Numbered from the stretch's first letter, positions 1 to 14,329 are shown. The stretch: 64,000 nt of DNA from Eledone cirrhosa (GCA_964016885.1 OZ024741.1:181598001-181662000); one strand, 5' to 3'. A program made the numbers and translations. Notes: a model not told the origin generated them from the letters alone.

Positions 1-656
1 TGTGAGAAATATATATATATAAACATTAATTTATTTATGTAAATATATAAACATGCTTTATTTACACATTTCTTCGTAGATTGAGAGAGATGAACTGCTA
101 GACTACGGTTTAGGTTCTTGTTGCGACTATCATTATAGGCTCTATCTATATTTCAAAGATGCGTAACTAATTTGAATAATTTCAATGCTTTGTTTGATGG
201 CTAAATTAATAATGAATTAAATTTGCCTCAGCAGCTGAATTCATATCTGTTCACAAATGATAAAGGATCTAAGCGAAGGTGCACGAAATGTGCATGCAAA
301 AACACTTTTAAACATGCTTTATTTACGTATTTCTCAGTAAATTGACACCCATAGCGTGATTCATAATAAACATAGCATAATTCATAATAAAAATGTATAT
401 AAAGACATATACGAAGTCTCGTTATGGTATGCTAAAATGTCACAACTATCTCAGTAGCAATGTAAGAACGCCAGACGTTAGTGTTTTAGAATTTTCATGG
501 TTAGTGTCTACTGTTTTCACTTGGCTGCTGAGATAGTTATGACATAGTCATAGCTAAAGACACCCATAGCAAAACTTATATAATGTTTGTTTTACGTAAG
601 CTCATCACATATGCCTTCATATAACGTTTATTATGAATCAGGCTATGTTAGCGCTA

Positions 657-718
<62 letters not shown>

Positions 719-720
<2 letters not shown>

Positions 721-1178
721 GAATTAGGATTTAGCTTCGGGTATAGCTGTATACAGATATGTATTGGAATTTTGTATTTCTAAAGAAATACAGCAGAAAG
801 AAGGGGGACAATCGTTGATGCATTTCGAACTTAACTGGTTCTCATCAGGACGGTCCCTTCCACTCATGCAACCCGCTGGACTTGAAAACAGCCGAGGATA
901 TATAGTTTTGAGGTGATTAATCTCATTTGCATATGAAGTTGTATAAGTTGGCTCAACTTATAATAGAATAGAATTAGGATTTAGCTTTGGCCATAGATAT
1001 GTATTGAAATTTCGTATTTCTAAAGAAATACGGTATGCTTACAGATAAACATTTAGAAAGCCGTAGCTATGCAAAAACACCGGTGTCTATCGAACTCTGG
1101 TGGTGTCCCGCAGAAGCAAGGGGGAAAAATCATAGATGCATTTTGAACTGAACTGGTCCTCATCTAGACGAGCCTGGC
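719..1178 (-). repeat. Imperfect direct repeat pair carrying HHR family A; second core degenerate (retrozyme/PLE pLTR-like)
   Basis: TAGAATTAGGATTTAGCTT...TAAAGAAATAC occurs at 719 and 969. The HHR block recurs at ~1120-1170 with core mutations. The region is flanked by (TA)n. Confidence 0.65.
801..860 (-). ncRNA. Minimal type I hammerhead ribozyme (family A)
   Basis: The minus strand reads GGGACCGTC-CTGATGA-GAAC cagttaa GTTC-GAAA-TGCA-TC-AACGATTGTCCC. It has an intact core, a 4-bp stem II, a palindromic helix III, an AUC cleavage triplet and stem I pairing GGGAC/GTCCC. Confidence 0.8.
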
Positions 1179-2435
1179 GATATATATATAAAAGCATATA
1201 TGCAGATTCGTTAGAGCATTGGATTATTTCCCTCCGCATTTGTTCCGACGCTCGGAAAATTTAATCAAAATCTCGCTGCGATCGACTTTGTTCTTCAGTA
1301 TTTTGAGGTCGATGAATAAAGTAGTAGTATAAAGGCAGTGGAAGTGTTAAGAACTCGGAAGGGACACTGTGGAGTTTCCATTATGGTTCTGTAGGTTCTG
1401 AGTTCAAATCCTGCCTCCTGAACAGGAAAATCGGTGATGCTCTTGCTAGTTGTTTCCACCGTCAGAGAGTATCAGCAATTAAAAATATTAATGGAAATAT
1501 TACTTCGATAGTCTGATCTGAAAGTCACCTTCTTTTTTGTTTCTAGCAAAGTATCTCTGGCAGAACAACGATTTCTTGAATGTTGTTTTTCTTGGTAGTA
1601 AGGAATTTTTGGGAGAGCTGGACAGCAGGTGTTCATAGAAGAAACCCCACCCAGTCTTTCAAGTGTTTTGGTCTCTAACAACATACACTCTAAGGGGACC
1701 GGGCTACATCTAGGTCAGAATTCTAGGGTGCCCTTCTGCTGACACCAGGATATCGGAGTTTTGTGTAGGGCACTAATCATGGGTGTGATGAGAATCAACA
1801 CCTAATTACATCCCATTGATTTCCACAACAAAGTCAAGAAGCTCAATACAAGCTCATAAAAGAGAGCAATATCCAGATTTGCGATAGTGTTAATGATTGG
1901 AATGTGGAGGTGAATTTAGAGAAAGTGGTCGTATTACCGTCACACATTTATAATAAAATAATGCATCTACCTTATAATGACTTGACAAAACATTTCACGA
2001 TGCTTTAGATATTGCTCTAGCTAGAAAACTGTTCTTTAGAAAGGCAATATATAAAAAACACACGGAAGAAAACATTCAAAACAAGGATGGCCAAATTTGC
2101 TCAATGTAAAATTAAATACAAGCGATAAACTTAGAATATAAAGAAATGTAACTAAAAATATTGCAAGGCATTTTCTCTGATGGTCTAATGATTCTGCCAA
2201 TCCACCACACTAAAGTTTGTGTTACTGTTCCATAACCTGAACAAAATTGACACATTCATTAAAAAAAACAAAAACATGTGCAGGCATGGCTGTGTGATTA
2301 AAGAGTGCTTTGCAGTCACGTGATATAGGGTACAGTCAAACTGCGTGGCACTTTGAGCAAGTATCCTGTTTTATAGCCTTATGAATGCAAACGGAAAATG
2401 CACGGAAGTTCTACTTGTATATGTGTATATTATAA

Positions 2436-2490
<55 letters not shown>

Positions 2491-2644
2491 TTCCGATTTT
2501 AGTAGTTCAACAAAAAGAAACCGATAAAATGAAACCAAACTTGAAAATAATAAGTATTGATATGATCGACTAAATATCTTGAAGGCGCTGCTCCACATGG
2601 CCGCAGTTTAATGACGGAAACCAGAAAAAGAATACTAGAATAAA

Positions 2645-2868
2645 TATTTATTTCTAATTTATGAACAAAGCCATCAAATTTAGAGGAAGTCTAATGTTGA
2701 TCAAATTAACACAAGTATTTGAACGATATATTATGTTATCGATCTTGGAAGGATAAAAGGCACATTTTGACCTCGATGGGATTTGAACTCAGAATTTAAA
2801 GAGCCAAAAGAAATACTGCAATGGAATTTTATCTGATGCTCTACCAATTCTGTCAATCCACCACTCTT
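2645..2868 (-). mobile_element. tRNA-derived SINE, diverged copy of the main family
   Basis: GGGATTTGAACTCAG (reverse B box) and family-like ends. Confidence 0.7.
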
Positions 2869-3439
2869 AATACAAGAATAAGTATTAAGAAATACATGTA
2901 TGCAATAACATTTATTAAAGTATGTTTTCTTAACTTGTAATTTGTATTCGTTTCAATAATCACAGAGTACACATATTTACCAAATATTTTCTAAATTTTT
3001 ACAGAATATTGTTTTAACTATATTGATTGCATATAATAGGATAATGAACTACGGAAAAATTCTAAGATAAACATGTGAATTTGCATTTTCGTAACATAAA
3101 ATTAGATTGCCAAATAAATAAATAAACAGAATTAAGTCGAGAAAATTGAAATAATCTTAATGATATTTATTAGAAAATGTCTGGAAAAATCAGAGAAGAA
3201 ATGTAAAAAATAAAAACCCAATAAAATTAGAGATATTTTAAACAGATACCACTTGCAAAATTTCTCTCTTTTAACGTTTTAATGACAGACATCGTGACAG
3301 TTATTAGCCTGTTAAAGCCACTATTTACGATTAGAAGAGATCTTATAGCTCTTCATTTAGATTGTGAGTCGTTGAAGAACCCAGGTGATATGTTGTGGAG
3401 AGTTTATGTGTAAGGGATATATGATGCTTCCACTTCACA

Positions 3440-4760
3440 AACTTCCTTACTGAGTACAGAGATTGAAATGAGTCGCACAGTAGTTTTGTTCAGTTTAAAA
3501 TATTTTGTATTTTGAACATGTTTCCAGAAATTTAATGTAGACGGGTATTTATATGTCATTGCTAAAGCCACACCCTCCTGTTATTCAATTAGTTCCATTT
3601 CCACTGTAGATAATTTTGTAACGAGAACCATTGATAGTTCAATTCTCTTGCTCGAGAATCAGACAACCATCATTAACTACATCAATGGTGAATGAATATG
3701 AAAAGTGAAGCAAGACATTAGCTACTAGGAGTCATCAAACCTAGCTTGGAAACTATCAAACAGTCCTTAAAAATTATCTTTGTATTCTTCCAGTTTCTTG
3801 TAGTCTTATATTTCAATATCATGTAACATTTTGAATCTCCTAATTAGGTCAGGAAAGTGAATGAAATGGTTTGACAATATGTCGGTTTTGAAAACTACTT
3901 TTATTCTGATTAAGATAAGAAACAATCTTATCATTCATTTGGAGTGTCCAAGCTGAAAGTGTGTAGATTATTCATTATATAATTAAGAAACATCAGATGT
4001 CGTAACGATTTTATATGTTTTAATTTAGGATAAATTCTCTTTTCTTTAAGAGAATTTAGATAGTCTCCAACAGATTCATGACCCTACTTAAGACACTGCT
4101 GTGTGCCAGCCACCTAAAAAGACAGTAAAAGGTGATATCATTGGATTCAATTTCAAATTCCAGTTCTTCACAAAAATTTCTGAAATGTTGATAGAACTTC
4201 ACATTTAAAAATATGAAATTGACAATTTCAAGTTGAGATTTCACAGCAATTTTCATACTTGATGACGGATGTTCGTGAGGACTAAGGCAATGAAGTGAGG
4301 ATAAATTCCGGAGGGCTGGGATCATTTTCCATTAGTACAATTAATCCTACGTTCTCTCCACAATTGTATGTGCTAAACCTATTGTAATACTGGCATTTAT
4401 TTTAATCCAACTATTCAACATTTCTTATTTTACATTTATAACAGATGTAATAAAATGAACAAATACCACCAATTGTGAGTTGTCTTGTATACTGTAGGTT
4501 CGTCAAGAGCTAAGCAGAATACAAGTGCGTTCTTGAAATTATTTTACACATTGCTCCTAACAACAGCACCGATCTTAAAGATACGCCTCAGCATTGTGCG
4601 ACATGAAACTGGTGTTTATGTCATTAGACACTGATGTGTTGTTTGTTCTGAATTCGATACCGCTACAATTTTAACTACATTCTTCTTAGAAAAATCACAT
4701 GAGAATATGAGCGTTTAGCACAGGCAATAAATATTTCATGATATAAGAAAACTAACTACT
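3440..4760 (-). pseudogene. Degenerate hAT (Charlie/Buster/SPIN-like) transposase
   Basis: Minus-strand fragments in the correct order: FCLALDEPT..QDNSQLVVFV (~4460-4545), LHC, FRNFCEELE..FYCLFRWL..VLSR (ORF 4056-4325), FQARFDD and FWKH..KY. Many stops and frameshifts. Confidence 0.7.
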
Positions 4761-4867
4761 CTTATTGTATTGTCTTCAATACTGAATGTTGTTAATAGAG
4801 TCTGTTGGTTATTTAATGACTATTTTAATAGTTAACCTGTCTTTCCTTTAACCTGGTTTATATGGAT

Positions 4868-5042
4868 AATAATTGTTTCTACTTTTGGCACAAGGCCAGC
4901 AATTACCAAGTGCATTACTGGTATTTTATTTTATCGACTCCGTAAGGATGAAAGACAAAGTTAACCTCGACGGGATTTGAACTCAGAATGGCAAGGGCCG
5001 TAACTCAATACGTCAAAGCATGGCGTCCGACCCTCTACCGAT
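4868..5042 (-). mobile_element. tRNA-derived SINE (main family)
   Basis: Reverse complement of the B box GAGTTCAAATCC and of the core CTTTCATCCTTACGG.GTCGATAAAATAAA.TACCAG. Confidence 0.85.
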
Positions 5043-6307
5043 AATGGATAAAAATGCGAAAGGTCTTTTATGATTTGCTTCAATGTGACATTTCAGGTTT
5101 CTAGCCTTATAATGACAGAAACGATTCGCAGCTAAGACAAAGATTTTTATCACCATTAACGATGACTACAAAATCGACCCTCCGGTCTCTGGCTTGAAAT
5201 TTGTTTTTATCTTCATATATCATATTTTTTTTACAATTTTAACAACGCCACTTTTTTTCACAAAATTTTCACTAACCATTGTAAACAAAACAGATGTTTT
5301 TTTTAGTTATTCCACTCGTTATTTATTTTGACCTTTCTGGTAAATGTTTATGAAGAAGAAGAAAAACAACGTGCTAAAAGTAAGTGACATAATCTATGAT
5401 ATTTAACTATTTATTTATTTCAATCTAGTAAATGTTTAAAACTGATTTTAATAAACGTCTTTCAATAAACTTTCTTGGAAATTGAAAAAATGGGATAGGA
5501 TGTTTACCAATAAAGTTACTTTGTAAGACATAATTCATAGTTCTTCCATCTATTCTTATATGGTGGGGTATTATATATTGTACACCAGAGTGACATGAAG
5601 TTTTTCTTGGCGGAGACCTTCTCTCCAAAACTGATCACAGCCGATTTCTTCTTGTGGAAACAGATTGATAGAGAGGAAGTGAGAAAGAGATGGAAGAATC
5701 GATCCCAGTATTAGAATTACCTTGTTTTATTCACCTCGAAAAGATGAAAGGCAAAGAGTCAGAACAAATACCGCAAATATTTCTAACTGGTGTTCTAACG
5801 TCTTTTCCCAAACGCTACCATATATAATGATAGTGGATGCTTTGAATGAACTATTTTGCTGACATAGGCAAATTTTGAAGGAGTTCTCTATGAATCATAT
5901 AAAGTATTTTTATCTCTTGATCTAGTATACTGCTGTCAGCACAGAATGAATAATCCTGCAGATGTAGGTGACACTGAATCATACATAGCAGTTTTACATA
6001 TTATTGATAAAGATTTATATACAGCACACCGAAGAACATTCTGTATTTCGACATTACATATACATTTATTGTAATATGTAGTTATCGGGCGGCAAAAGGG
6101 CAAAGTCCTTAGATTGTCGGATAGAATGCTTTGCTGTATTCGTTCCGGCGCGCTGCACCCTGAGTTCAAATCCTGCAGAAGTCAATACAAAATGTATCAG
6201 TCCAATACAGAGGTAGATTCTTTCCCTATATCACATACTCACTTCCTCTTTCTAAATCTCTCGCCTTCTCTGGAAAAATCGGCTTTGTTCAGATCTCGTA
6301 AAGAAGC

Positions 6308-6618
6308 ACTCTTGGGTCACAAATAATAGGGAGGTTGGAATAAGCGGAAGGGTGGAATTTTTAAAAATTCTTATAAGCGAGGGGTGGTGGTGGTGGAATA
6401 AACATAGGAGGGATCGGCAATTGCACTGTATATTGTATGTTTGTAAATATGGTATTTCTTGTAATGTTCTTTTTTGTCATATATAATGATTTTTAATGTA
6501 AAATAAAATTATCATTAGATTCTCCAGCTGCTGTATCGATATGAATCAATTACAATAACATTTCGCAGGAGATAGGTTAGCAAAATTTACTAAACGGAGG
6601 TAGTGGTGGAGTAAAAGT

Positions 6619-6664
<46 letters not shown>

Positions 6665-6740
6665 GGGGGGGGGTATGGTGGAAAAAATCTGGAAAAATTA
6701 ATAAGTGGGGGAGGGGGAGATTATTCAAGACCTGAGTGTA
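6308..6740. mobile_element. Probable Tc1/mariner-type MITE with internal (GT)n
   Basis: Imperfect terminal inverted repeats ACTCTTGGGTCACAAATAAT / ATTATTCAAGACCTGAGTGTA with G-rich subterminal motifs. Confidence 0.45.
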
Positions 6741-6911
6741 AGTTAAAAAATACCTATTAAACAACAATCACACGACCCCATCAGGACCCAATACATACAT
6801 ACATACTTACGAACATGCATACATACATATATACATACATACATATATACATTCATATAAGTTTATCTTTAGTTTGTATGAGATGAAAGAATGGTATTCA
6901 ACTAATGTAAT

Positions 6912-8930
6912 GGTACGCGATGGGGCCCACCCACAGCCCCGGCGGACAGAATGGAGAAGGCGTTTCCCCGGCGGACGGCAAGGGAGACGCGCTGGAAAAG
7001 TCACTCCAGCTCGCGGGGCTCACATCTACGGCTGGCCACCTCAGCGCCTATGGTGGTGAGTAAGGAGGTAGCCCTGGGGCCGAGGACATCAGAAGTTTCC
7101 ATTGCCAGGGGAACGACCGCAAATCTGTAGGAGAGCGACCGGTATTTGAGGAGTTTGGCCCCCTCAGCGCAACGTGCAGCAGAACCTGGGTCAGTCGCAG
7201 ACTGCACCAGGTTGCGGCTGCAGAAAGTGTCGGTGCAAGTGGCATCTCAGACGAGGGGTTTGCCACCGCAGAACGGGAAGATGGTCATGCCATCTGGCCT
7301 TTTGCTGTCCCCTCGATCCAGTCCCACCGGCTCGAGCTGGGAAGGGAAACCTGTAGCGTCCAAGCCATGCTTAATGACCTCGTTGAGGGCAGTATGGCGT
7401 GGAATGCGGCCGGAACTGTGGCGACAGGAAAGCGGGTGGAGGCCGAAAGAGTCCACGGTGGAACCGCAGCGACATTGGTGTGGCTGGCAGATCCGGAGGC
7501 CGAGCCTCAGGGAAACGCTGATTCGCAGGCTATGGTTGTCTAGCTGCGTGCCAGGGCAGAGCATGGAGCCAGGCACCACTGTGGGGTTTGGAGGCCGCAC
7601 GAAAACAAGCAAGGCGGTGCTGGTCGAGCTGGTGCGTGAGCTTGTCTGAGGCCAGGCTGCACTGGATGGCATCCCAAGTGCGTTGGGGGGGCTTGACGTC
7701 AACAGGGGGAGAAGGAGGAGGGACATCTACTGGGCTAAGTCCCTGCCGGTCCCACGTCTCACGGGCGGCCTAACGTTCTCTGAACACAGAGGGTTCTGTT
7801 GTGTTTTGAAGAACCCTGCTGACGAGGACGCGGCACGAGGTTACCGACGAAAGATACGCCTGCAAAGCTAGTGAGATCGGGGACCGAAGGCCTAGGCCGC
7901 CATACCTGACCGGTAAATTGGCCTGTTGCCACCCTATGTCGTCAAACTTGACGTTGCATATCCCCTCGGCTGCTGCTCGGATACAAGTATCGAGGTCAGC
8001 GAGGAGAGATGTCTGGGTGTAGCATGGAGCGCTGCGGAGTGTATAGAGGAGCTTCGGCATGGCGAAGCAGTTCCTCAGCAGAAAGAGAGCTGGGTGGCCG
8101 TTAATCAAGCCCAGTCGGCTCATGAGAGTCTGGAGCTGTTGAAGCCTGGACCTGATGGTGGAGCAGATGGCCGGCGGGTGGATCGGTGACCCGAGGATGA
8201 GGACATCCTCTTTGGGGGTCACCTGAACCTGGCGGAAATGGACCGCACGTCCAAGACGGAGGCTACACAGCTCACAGCATCGAGGCTGACGTTCACCACC
8301 TCCGACTTGGCCGAGTTTACCCGGAGGCCGACTCCCGCCAGGGCAGGAATCACCGATTGAAGGTCTTGGCAGACCGTCCGTACGGGCCCGACCAACGTAG
8401 CATCATCCAGATACCAAACGTTGAGAGGGGCCGTGATACTTCGGGCGATGTGGTCAATACCAAGGGCGACAGGAGGGGTCCCAAAGGGTCGCCCTGTTGG
8501 ACCCAAGTAGCCGAGGGAATGACCGTATCAGCAGCTAGGAGCATGCTCGGGGCTCCATATGACAGGTAGGCCAGCAGGTAGGCAGAGGGGGCTCGGCTGA
8601 GGCAGGCCTCGAGCAGATGATCCCAGCGTAAAGAGTTAAAGGCATTCCTCATGTCAAGCTTGACAATGAGGTGCCTGGAGTCCCTGGATGCCGGTACCAA
8701 TGGCCAGCTGCTGAAGAACTGGCTGATTGCATGAGAGGCTCCCTCACAGCCACCAGACACGCCGACACCCAGTTGCACCGGAGTAAACTCCTCACCCAGT
8801 TCGTGTGTGACGGACTTGCAGATCACCTTGGCAGCCAGCCTCCGGAAGACATTGCCCACAGCAATGGGGCGTATGCCATCCTCTTTCTTCCTGAGAGCGG
8901 TGAGGCTGGCCGAAAAAAGAGGCCTCGGGC
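6912..8930 (-). mobile_element. 5'-truncated CRE-like non-LTR retrotransposon (RT, CCHC finger, restriction-like endonuclease), frameshifted
   Basis: GC-rich island. RT motifs IRPIAVGNVFRRL, KLDMRNAFN, QQGDPLGP, WYLDD and GGLGL; finger CRCG..VD..GLHPLSC; endonuclease RHTALN..KRPDG..LV.DATCTDT. Confidence 0.85.
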
Positions 8931-9288
8931 GTAAAGGTCGAGGGCACCATGAATGAGCCTATTGGTGAGCGCCATGTTTAGATTACATTTACATGAAAAC
9001 CAACAGTCAGCAAATTCTACACACGTTTAAGACAAAGGTGTATTGGGAGAATAAGAAATTCGATTCGTAATCATGTAGTTCCGGGTGCATTTTCACGGCA
9101 AATGAATTTTACACGTGGCTCATGTTCGATCTAGGCTTTGTGAGTGAAACTGGGTGGATTGAAGGCGCGTGGAAGCCAGTCAAATGGGTTGCACCTGTAA
9201 TTCAACGGGCAACCATTGTTTCACCGTGTTACGCATATCTTGCCTGAGTATTATATTAAGTGTACAGGCGTTCGTGGAATACTTACAT

Positions 9289-9289
9289 G

Positions 9290-9376
<87 letters not shown>
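9289..9376. repeat. (CTA)n microsatellite
   Basis: Seen directly. Confidence 0.95.
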
Positions 9377-9377
<1 letters not shown>

Positions 9378-9506
9378 CACACGCACACACACATATATAT
9401 ATATATTTATTAAAATAACCGATTAAAGTTTAAGCAAAGAATCGGTGCTTAACGGGATCTTAGTCTTCAAATTTATTATTATTACTATATACATATACTT
9501 CCTTCG

Positions 9507-9551
<45 letters not shown>

Positions 9552-9990
9552 GAAAGTTTAATCAAGGATTAGTATGTAATAGATTTACAAACGTTACTTT
9601 AGACTAACAAAAATGAATATTCACTTTCTGCAATAATAACTCACCAGAATCAATAAATACAAATAAATACCGAACATATTCTATAGTCCCGGTGAGAGAT
9701 AAATAGACCGAAGAATGTAAACAAAGTATTCAAATATTGTAGGGAAAACTTAAAATTTTTTGGAAGCTTAAACTTTGGAGTATTTATTACATATCTCGTT
9801 GTGGACTATAAAATCATATTGAGTTTTAATTTTTTTAGCCTTTATAAGGCTGTATTAATATTTTAGATGTATTGTTGATAACATTAATAGCTAACAACTG
9901 TGATCAACATATATTGTCAACAATAAGTGGCTAATACGTATTAGAACAATGGGATTGATGAGTTAATATCTGTATACAACAACTAAAACG

Positions 9991-10534
9991 GTACGCGATG
10001 GGGCCCACCCACAGCCCCGGCGGATAGAATGGAGAAGGCGTTTCCCCGGCGGACGGCAAGGGAGACGCGCTGGAAAAGTCACTCCAACTCGCGGGGCTCA
10101 CACCTGCGGCTGGCCAGCTCAGCGCCTATGGTGGTGAGTAGGGAGGTAGCCCTGGGGCCGAGGACACCAGAAGTCTCCACTGCCAGGGGTACGACCGCAA
10201 ACCTGTCGGAGAGCGACCGGTATTTGAGGAGTTTGGCTCCCTCAGCCCGACGTGCAGTAGAACCTGGGTCAGTCGCAGACTGCACCAGGTTGCGGCTGCA
10301 GAAAGTGTCGGTGCAAGTGGCATCCCAGACGAGAGGTTTGCCACCGCAGAACGGGAAGATGGTCATGCCATCTGGCCTTTTGCCGTCCCCTCAATCCAGC
10401 CCCACCGGCTCGAGCTGGGAAGGGAAGCCTGCAGCGTCCAAGCCATGCTTAATGACCTCGTTGAGGGCAGCATGGCGTGGAATGCGATCGGCACTGTGGC
10501 GACAAGGAAGCGGGTGGAGGCCGAAAGAGTCCAG
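9991..10534 (-). mobile_element. Second, shorter CRE-like 3' fragment (endonuclease domain)
   Basis: Highly similar to 6912-7455; encodes GGKPLVWDATCTDTF. Confidence 0.9.
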
Positions 10535-10566
10535 CATTCGAACTTTTATATGCATTATATATACTG

Positions 10567-10656
<90 letters not shown>

Positions 10657-10826
10657 TATATATATATATATATGTGTGTATGTATGTAAAAGGTAAACAG
10701 AAGTAACATCTGTCGAGTGCTTCGAATCAGTTATAAACATATATATTTGTTGAATTACCAACAAATTAAATATCACTTTGCTTATAAATATCTCCGATAA
10801 TGTTGAGCACTTTAAACTATAACTGA

Positions 10827-13110
10827 TTGCAAAAATTAATAATTGAATTCTTTAGGATTTCTTCTTCTTTAAAGGATGTACCCTTACCTAAAAATAAGGA
10901 ATACCTAAAACAACTCATAGAAAAATCAAACTCCTTCATAAAAAAACTTAGATGGCGTGCTTTCCATTTTGATAAAAAATCGGAAAACAAAATAAATAAA
11001 TTCAAGTACAATTTTGATCTTATTTTCAAATCTAAGAAAAATCCACCTTGCAACAAAGTACTAGCCAAATTTGAAAAAGAAATAATCTCCATCATACAGA
11101 ACATTAAATTTAAAAGGAACCTATTTATTGGCCAGGAGTGCCTTAAAGGCCTCAAAAACAAAATAGACACTCTTGAAAAAACAAAGAAGATCCTTGTAAA
11201 ATCTGACGAAACCAATAATTTATATGGTATGGAAAATGACGCGTATAATAACCTAATACTGAAGGAACTCAGGAAAAATCTCAAAAGGACATCAAATGAA
11301 GATCTTTCAACCCTAAATAGAGAAGCTTCGGAAATTATTTATAAATTAGGCATTCAAAATAAGACAGAACCCTTTATACATAGAAAACCGAAGATTAACT
11401 TGAAGGACCACAAAAGAAATTTTGAAGTAGAACTACCAGTCAGACTCATCGCACCATATAAATCTGACTTAGGCATAATTATGAAGCATATACTAGATAT
11501 AATTATACCACTACTTAAAGAAAAATCACACCTTAAACTATGGAACGGTACTAATGAAGTAATAGATTGGTTTAAAGACAAAATTAAAACATAAGAAAAA
11601 ATTTATTCAAATGGATATTGCAAATTACTACCCCTAGCTTACTTAATATGGCACTTATTTACGCTTCTAAACATACAGACCTATGCGGTTAGAATGAATA
11701 TCATTCTAACCGCACGTAATATGAAGAAATGAATATCATTCTAACCGCACGTAAAACCCTAATAGAATTTAATGACCATCTCTGGACAAGAGCCGACCGA
11801 CAAAACAATTTTGATATTACTATGGGATCATCTGACTCGGCGCAAGTAACAGACCTCGTTGGATTATTTATTAATAATGTACTACATAGAAAAATGCTAG
11901 AGATGACCGGAGGTTTATATCGTGACGATATGTTACTTTTAATCGAAAACCATAGCAATAGTGAAATTAATAGGAAAAAGAAATCCACAATACAGTTTTT
12001 CAACAACTACAACCTTAATTTAGAAATCGAGAATAATTATAAAATCATTAACTTCTTAGATGTAACTTTAAACCTTAGCTCAGGTCTTTATTATCCATTC
12101 CATAAAATTAATGAAAATCTAAATTACGTAAGTTTCAATTCTAATCATCCTAGAAATATAAAGGATACTATTGTCAATAGTGTCCAGTAACGGATTTCAC
12201 GCATCTCTGCGAATAAAAATATTTTTGATAATAAGGCAGAATATTACAATGAGGCTTTACATAGAGCAGGATACTGGAATAAAATTAAATACTTAGACAA
12301 CAATAACATGATAAATCATCCTAGAATTCATTATAATAACAATAAGCAATTCAACTTAAATAGTAAACCAAACAAAAAAACTAGAACTAGAAATATTATT
12401 TGGTACTCTCCCCCATTCTCATTAAGCGTTAAAACACCTGTAGCAAAACTATTTTTCAAAGCACTGGATAAGTGTTTTCCTAAAGCCCACAGATACCACT
12501 CTATTTTTATCAGACACACTATAAAACTATCTTACTCTACTACTGTGAACATAGCACAAAATATAAACATAATTAATAATAGAAACTTAAAATTAAACCC
12601 TAACCAAACAAACTAAGCTAACAATAATAATATTTCTAATAACAATATTCATAATAATAGTACCGTTTCTAGTAACAACAACTCCCGAAAATGTAACTGT
12701 AGAATTGAATCAAACTGCCCTTTACAAAACAATTGCTTAGACAAAAACTTAGAGAGTAAAAACTAGAGACAAAATATTTTACTATATAGGCGCCACTTCT
12801 ACAAAATTCAAAGAACGCTGGTACAACCACAAACATACATTTAATAGGTTCGATAAAAAATCTTCCACTTCACTTTCACATTTAATTTGGAATTTAAAGG
12901 ACAATAATATAGACTATTCAATATCTTGGGGAACGATTTCGAAAGCACCTACATACCGAAATATGGCTTTCTCAAGAATCTGTCATTTGTGTATCGAGGA
13001 AATTCTTTATATAATTAACTGTCAAAATTCTATTAATTTAAAAAGCGAATTATTTAGTTCTTGCAGACATCGCGAAAAATCCACTTTCCAAAGTATTTTT
13101 AATCTATAAT
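10827..13110 (+). pseudogene. PLE reverse transcriptase/GIY-YIG polyprotein in fragments (10827-11594, 11729-12190, 12308-12616, ~12690-13110)
   Basis: Collinear domain motifs broken by stops and frameshifts. Confidence 0.85.
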
Positions 13111-14329
13111 ATTCATTACACTTTACTACATCTTTAAAATGATCCTGTTGTTTACTGAGTTTTTTTTTAATTTAAAACTTTTAAAATGATCTTTCTTCTT
13201 AAATTTAGTATTTTTACCAATTGATATTCTTTTCCTAATGATACTCTTCTTAATCTTAATTTTAGATTTATATATTTTTTTTAGAATGCTACTTTTTAAT
13301 TGATATTCTGAAAGATATCCTCTTTACGATAGTTCTTCTAAATGCATTCTCGACTTATCTAATAATACATTTTTCCTCTCTTTAATCTTCAAACTTTTCA
13401 CACATCTTTCGACGTAGATAATATATAATTGAAATTCTCATCCTTGAAAACATGTAATATAAAATACCTTATAATCTCACACAATATAATATATAATTTT
13501 CCCTACATACTTTCCGCATTTTTTAAGAAAATTATTCATCAAATCTAATTTTAATAGTTTAACAAATAATATTGGAGTTATCTTTTCCTTTACAATTGAG
13601 CAAACATAGACATAATAACTTGTATATTTAAAATTATGTAATTTCGCTAAATTAATAATGTTCTGTAAATATTTTCAATGTCGGATGAAAATATTTGAAT
13701 TCACAAACTGTTCTCTTATAATTTGAATTACGCCTTTTTCTTAAATATATGTGTAAAATGTAAAATCAACATCGTTCGTAACTCATATCAGAAATGTAAA
13801 CATATTAATACGTGTGTTTTATATCTATATAATCACTAATAATACTTATATTTATACACTTATTAATCTATATAGATATTTATATACTTACAACCTGTTG
13901 CAATATAATAAGATAAAATGTACTTACAACCATAATTCTTCATATAATCTAATTGATTATATATATAATATTATAACTCATAATTTAGCTAAATATTTTT
14001 TAAATTCTGGAATCATATTCCACCAATCCAACAAACTGTTAATTCTTAACGTTTCAATCTTTTTAAATTCACGTAAATACAAGCTTTTCTTTCTTTCTCT
14101 TTCTTCTTCCTACATATACATATATATATCCTAATAATTATTTAAATCTACCTAGCGTCTAAAAATAACGTGTTTTTTTTTCAGCCCTATGCCTCAACAT
14201 CATTTGCATATTCGTCTTAATAATTTGAAATATTTGTTTTTTTCCTCTCTTCCCCTTTTTCCTTTTACTATCCAGGTAAAACTTGAACCGTTAAGGTCTC
14301 ATTCCTGGATATGTCAATATTTATAAAAC

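Noticed and set aside
7146-10706. Plus-strand ORFs of 167 and 225 aa
   Set aside because: Antisense shadows of the GC-rich CRE-like coding strand.
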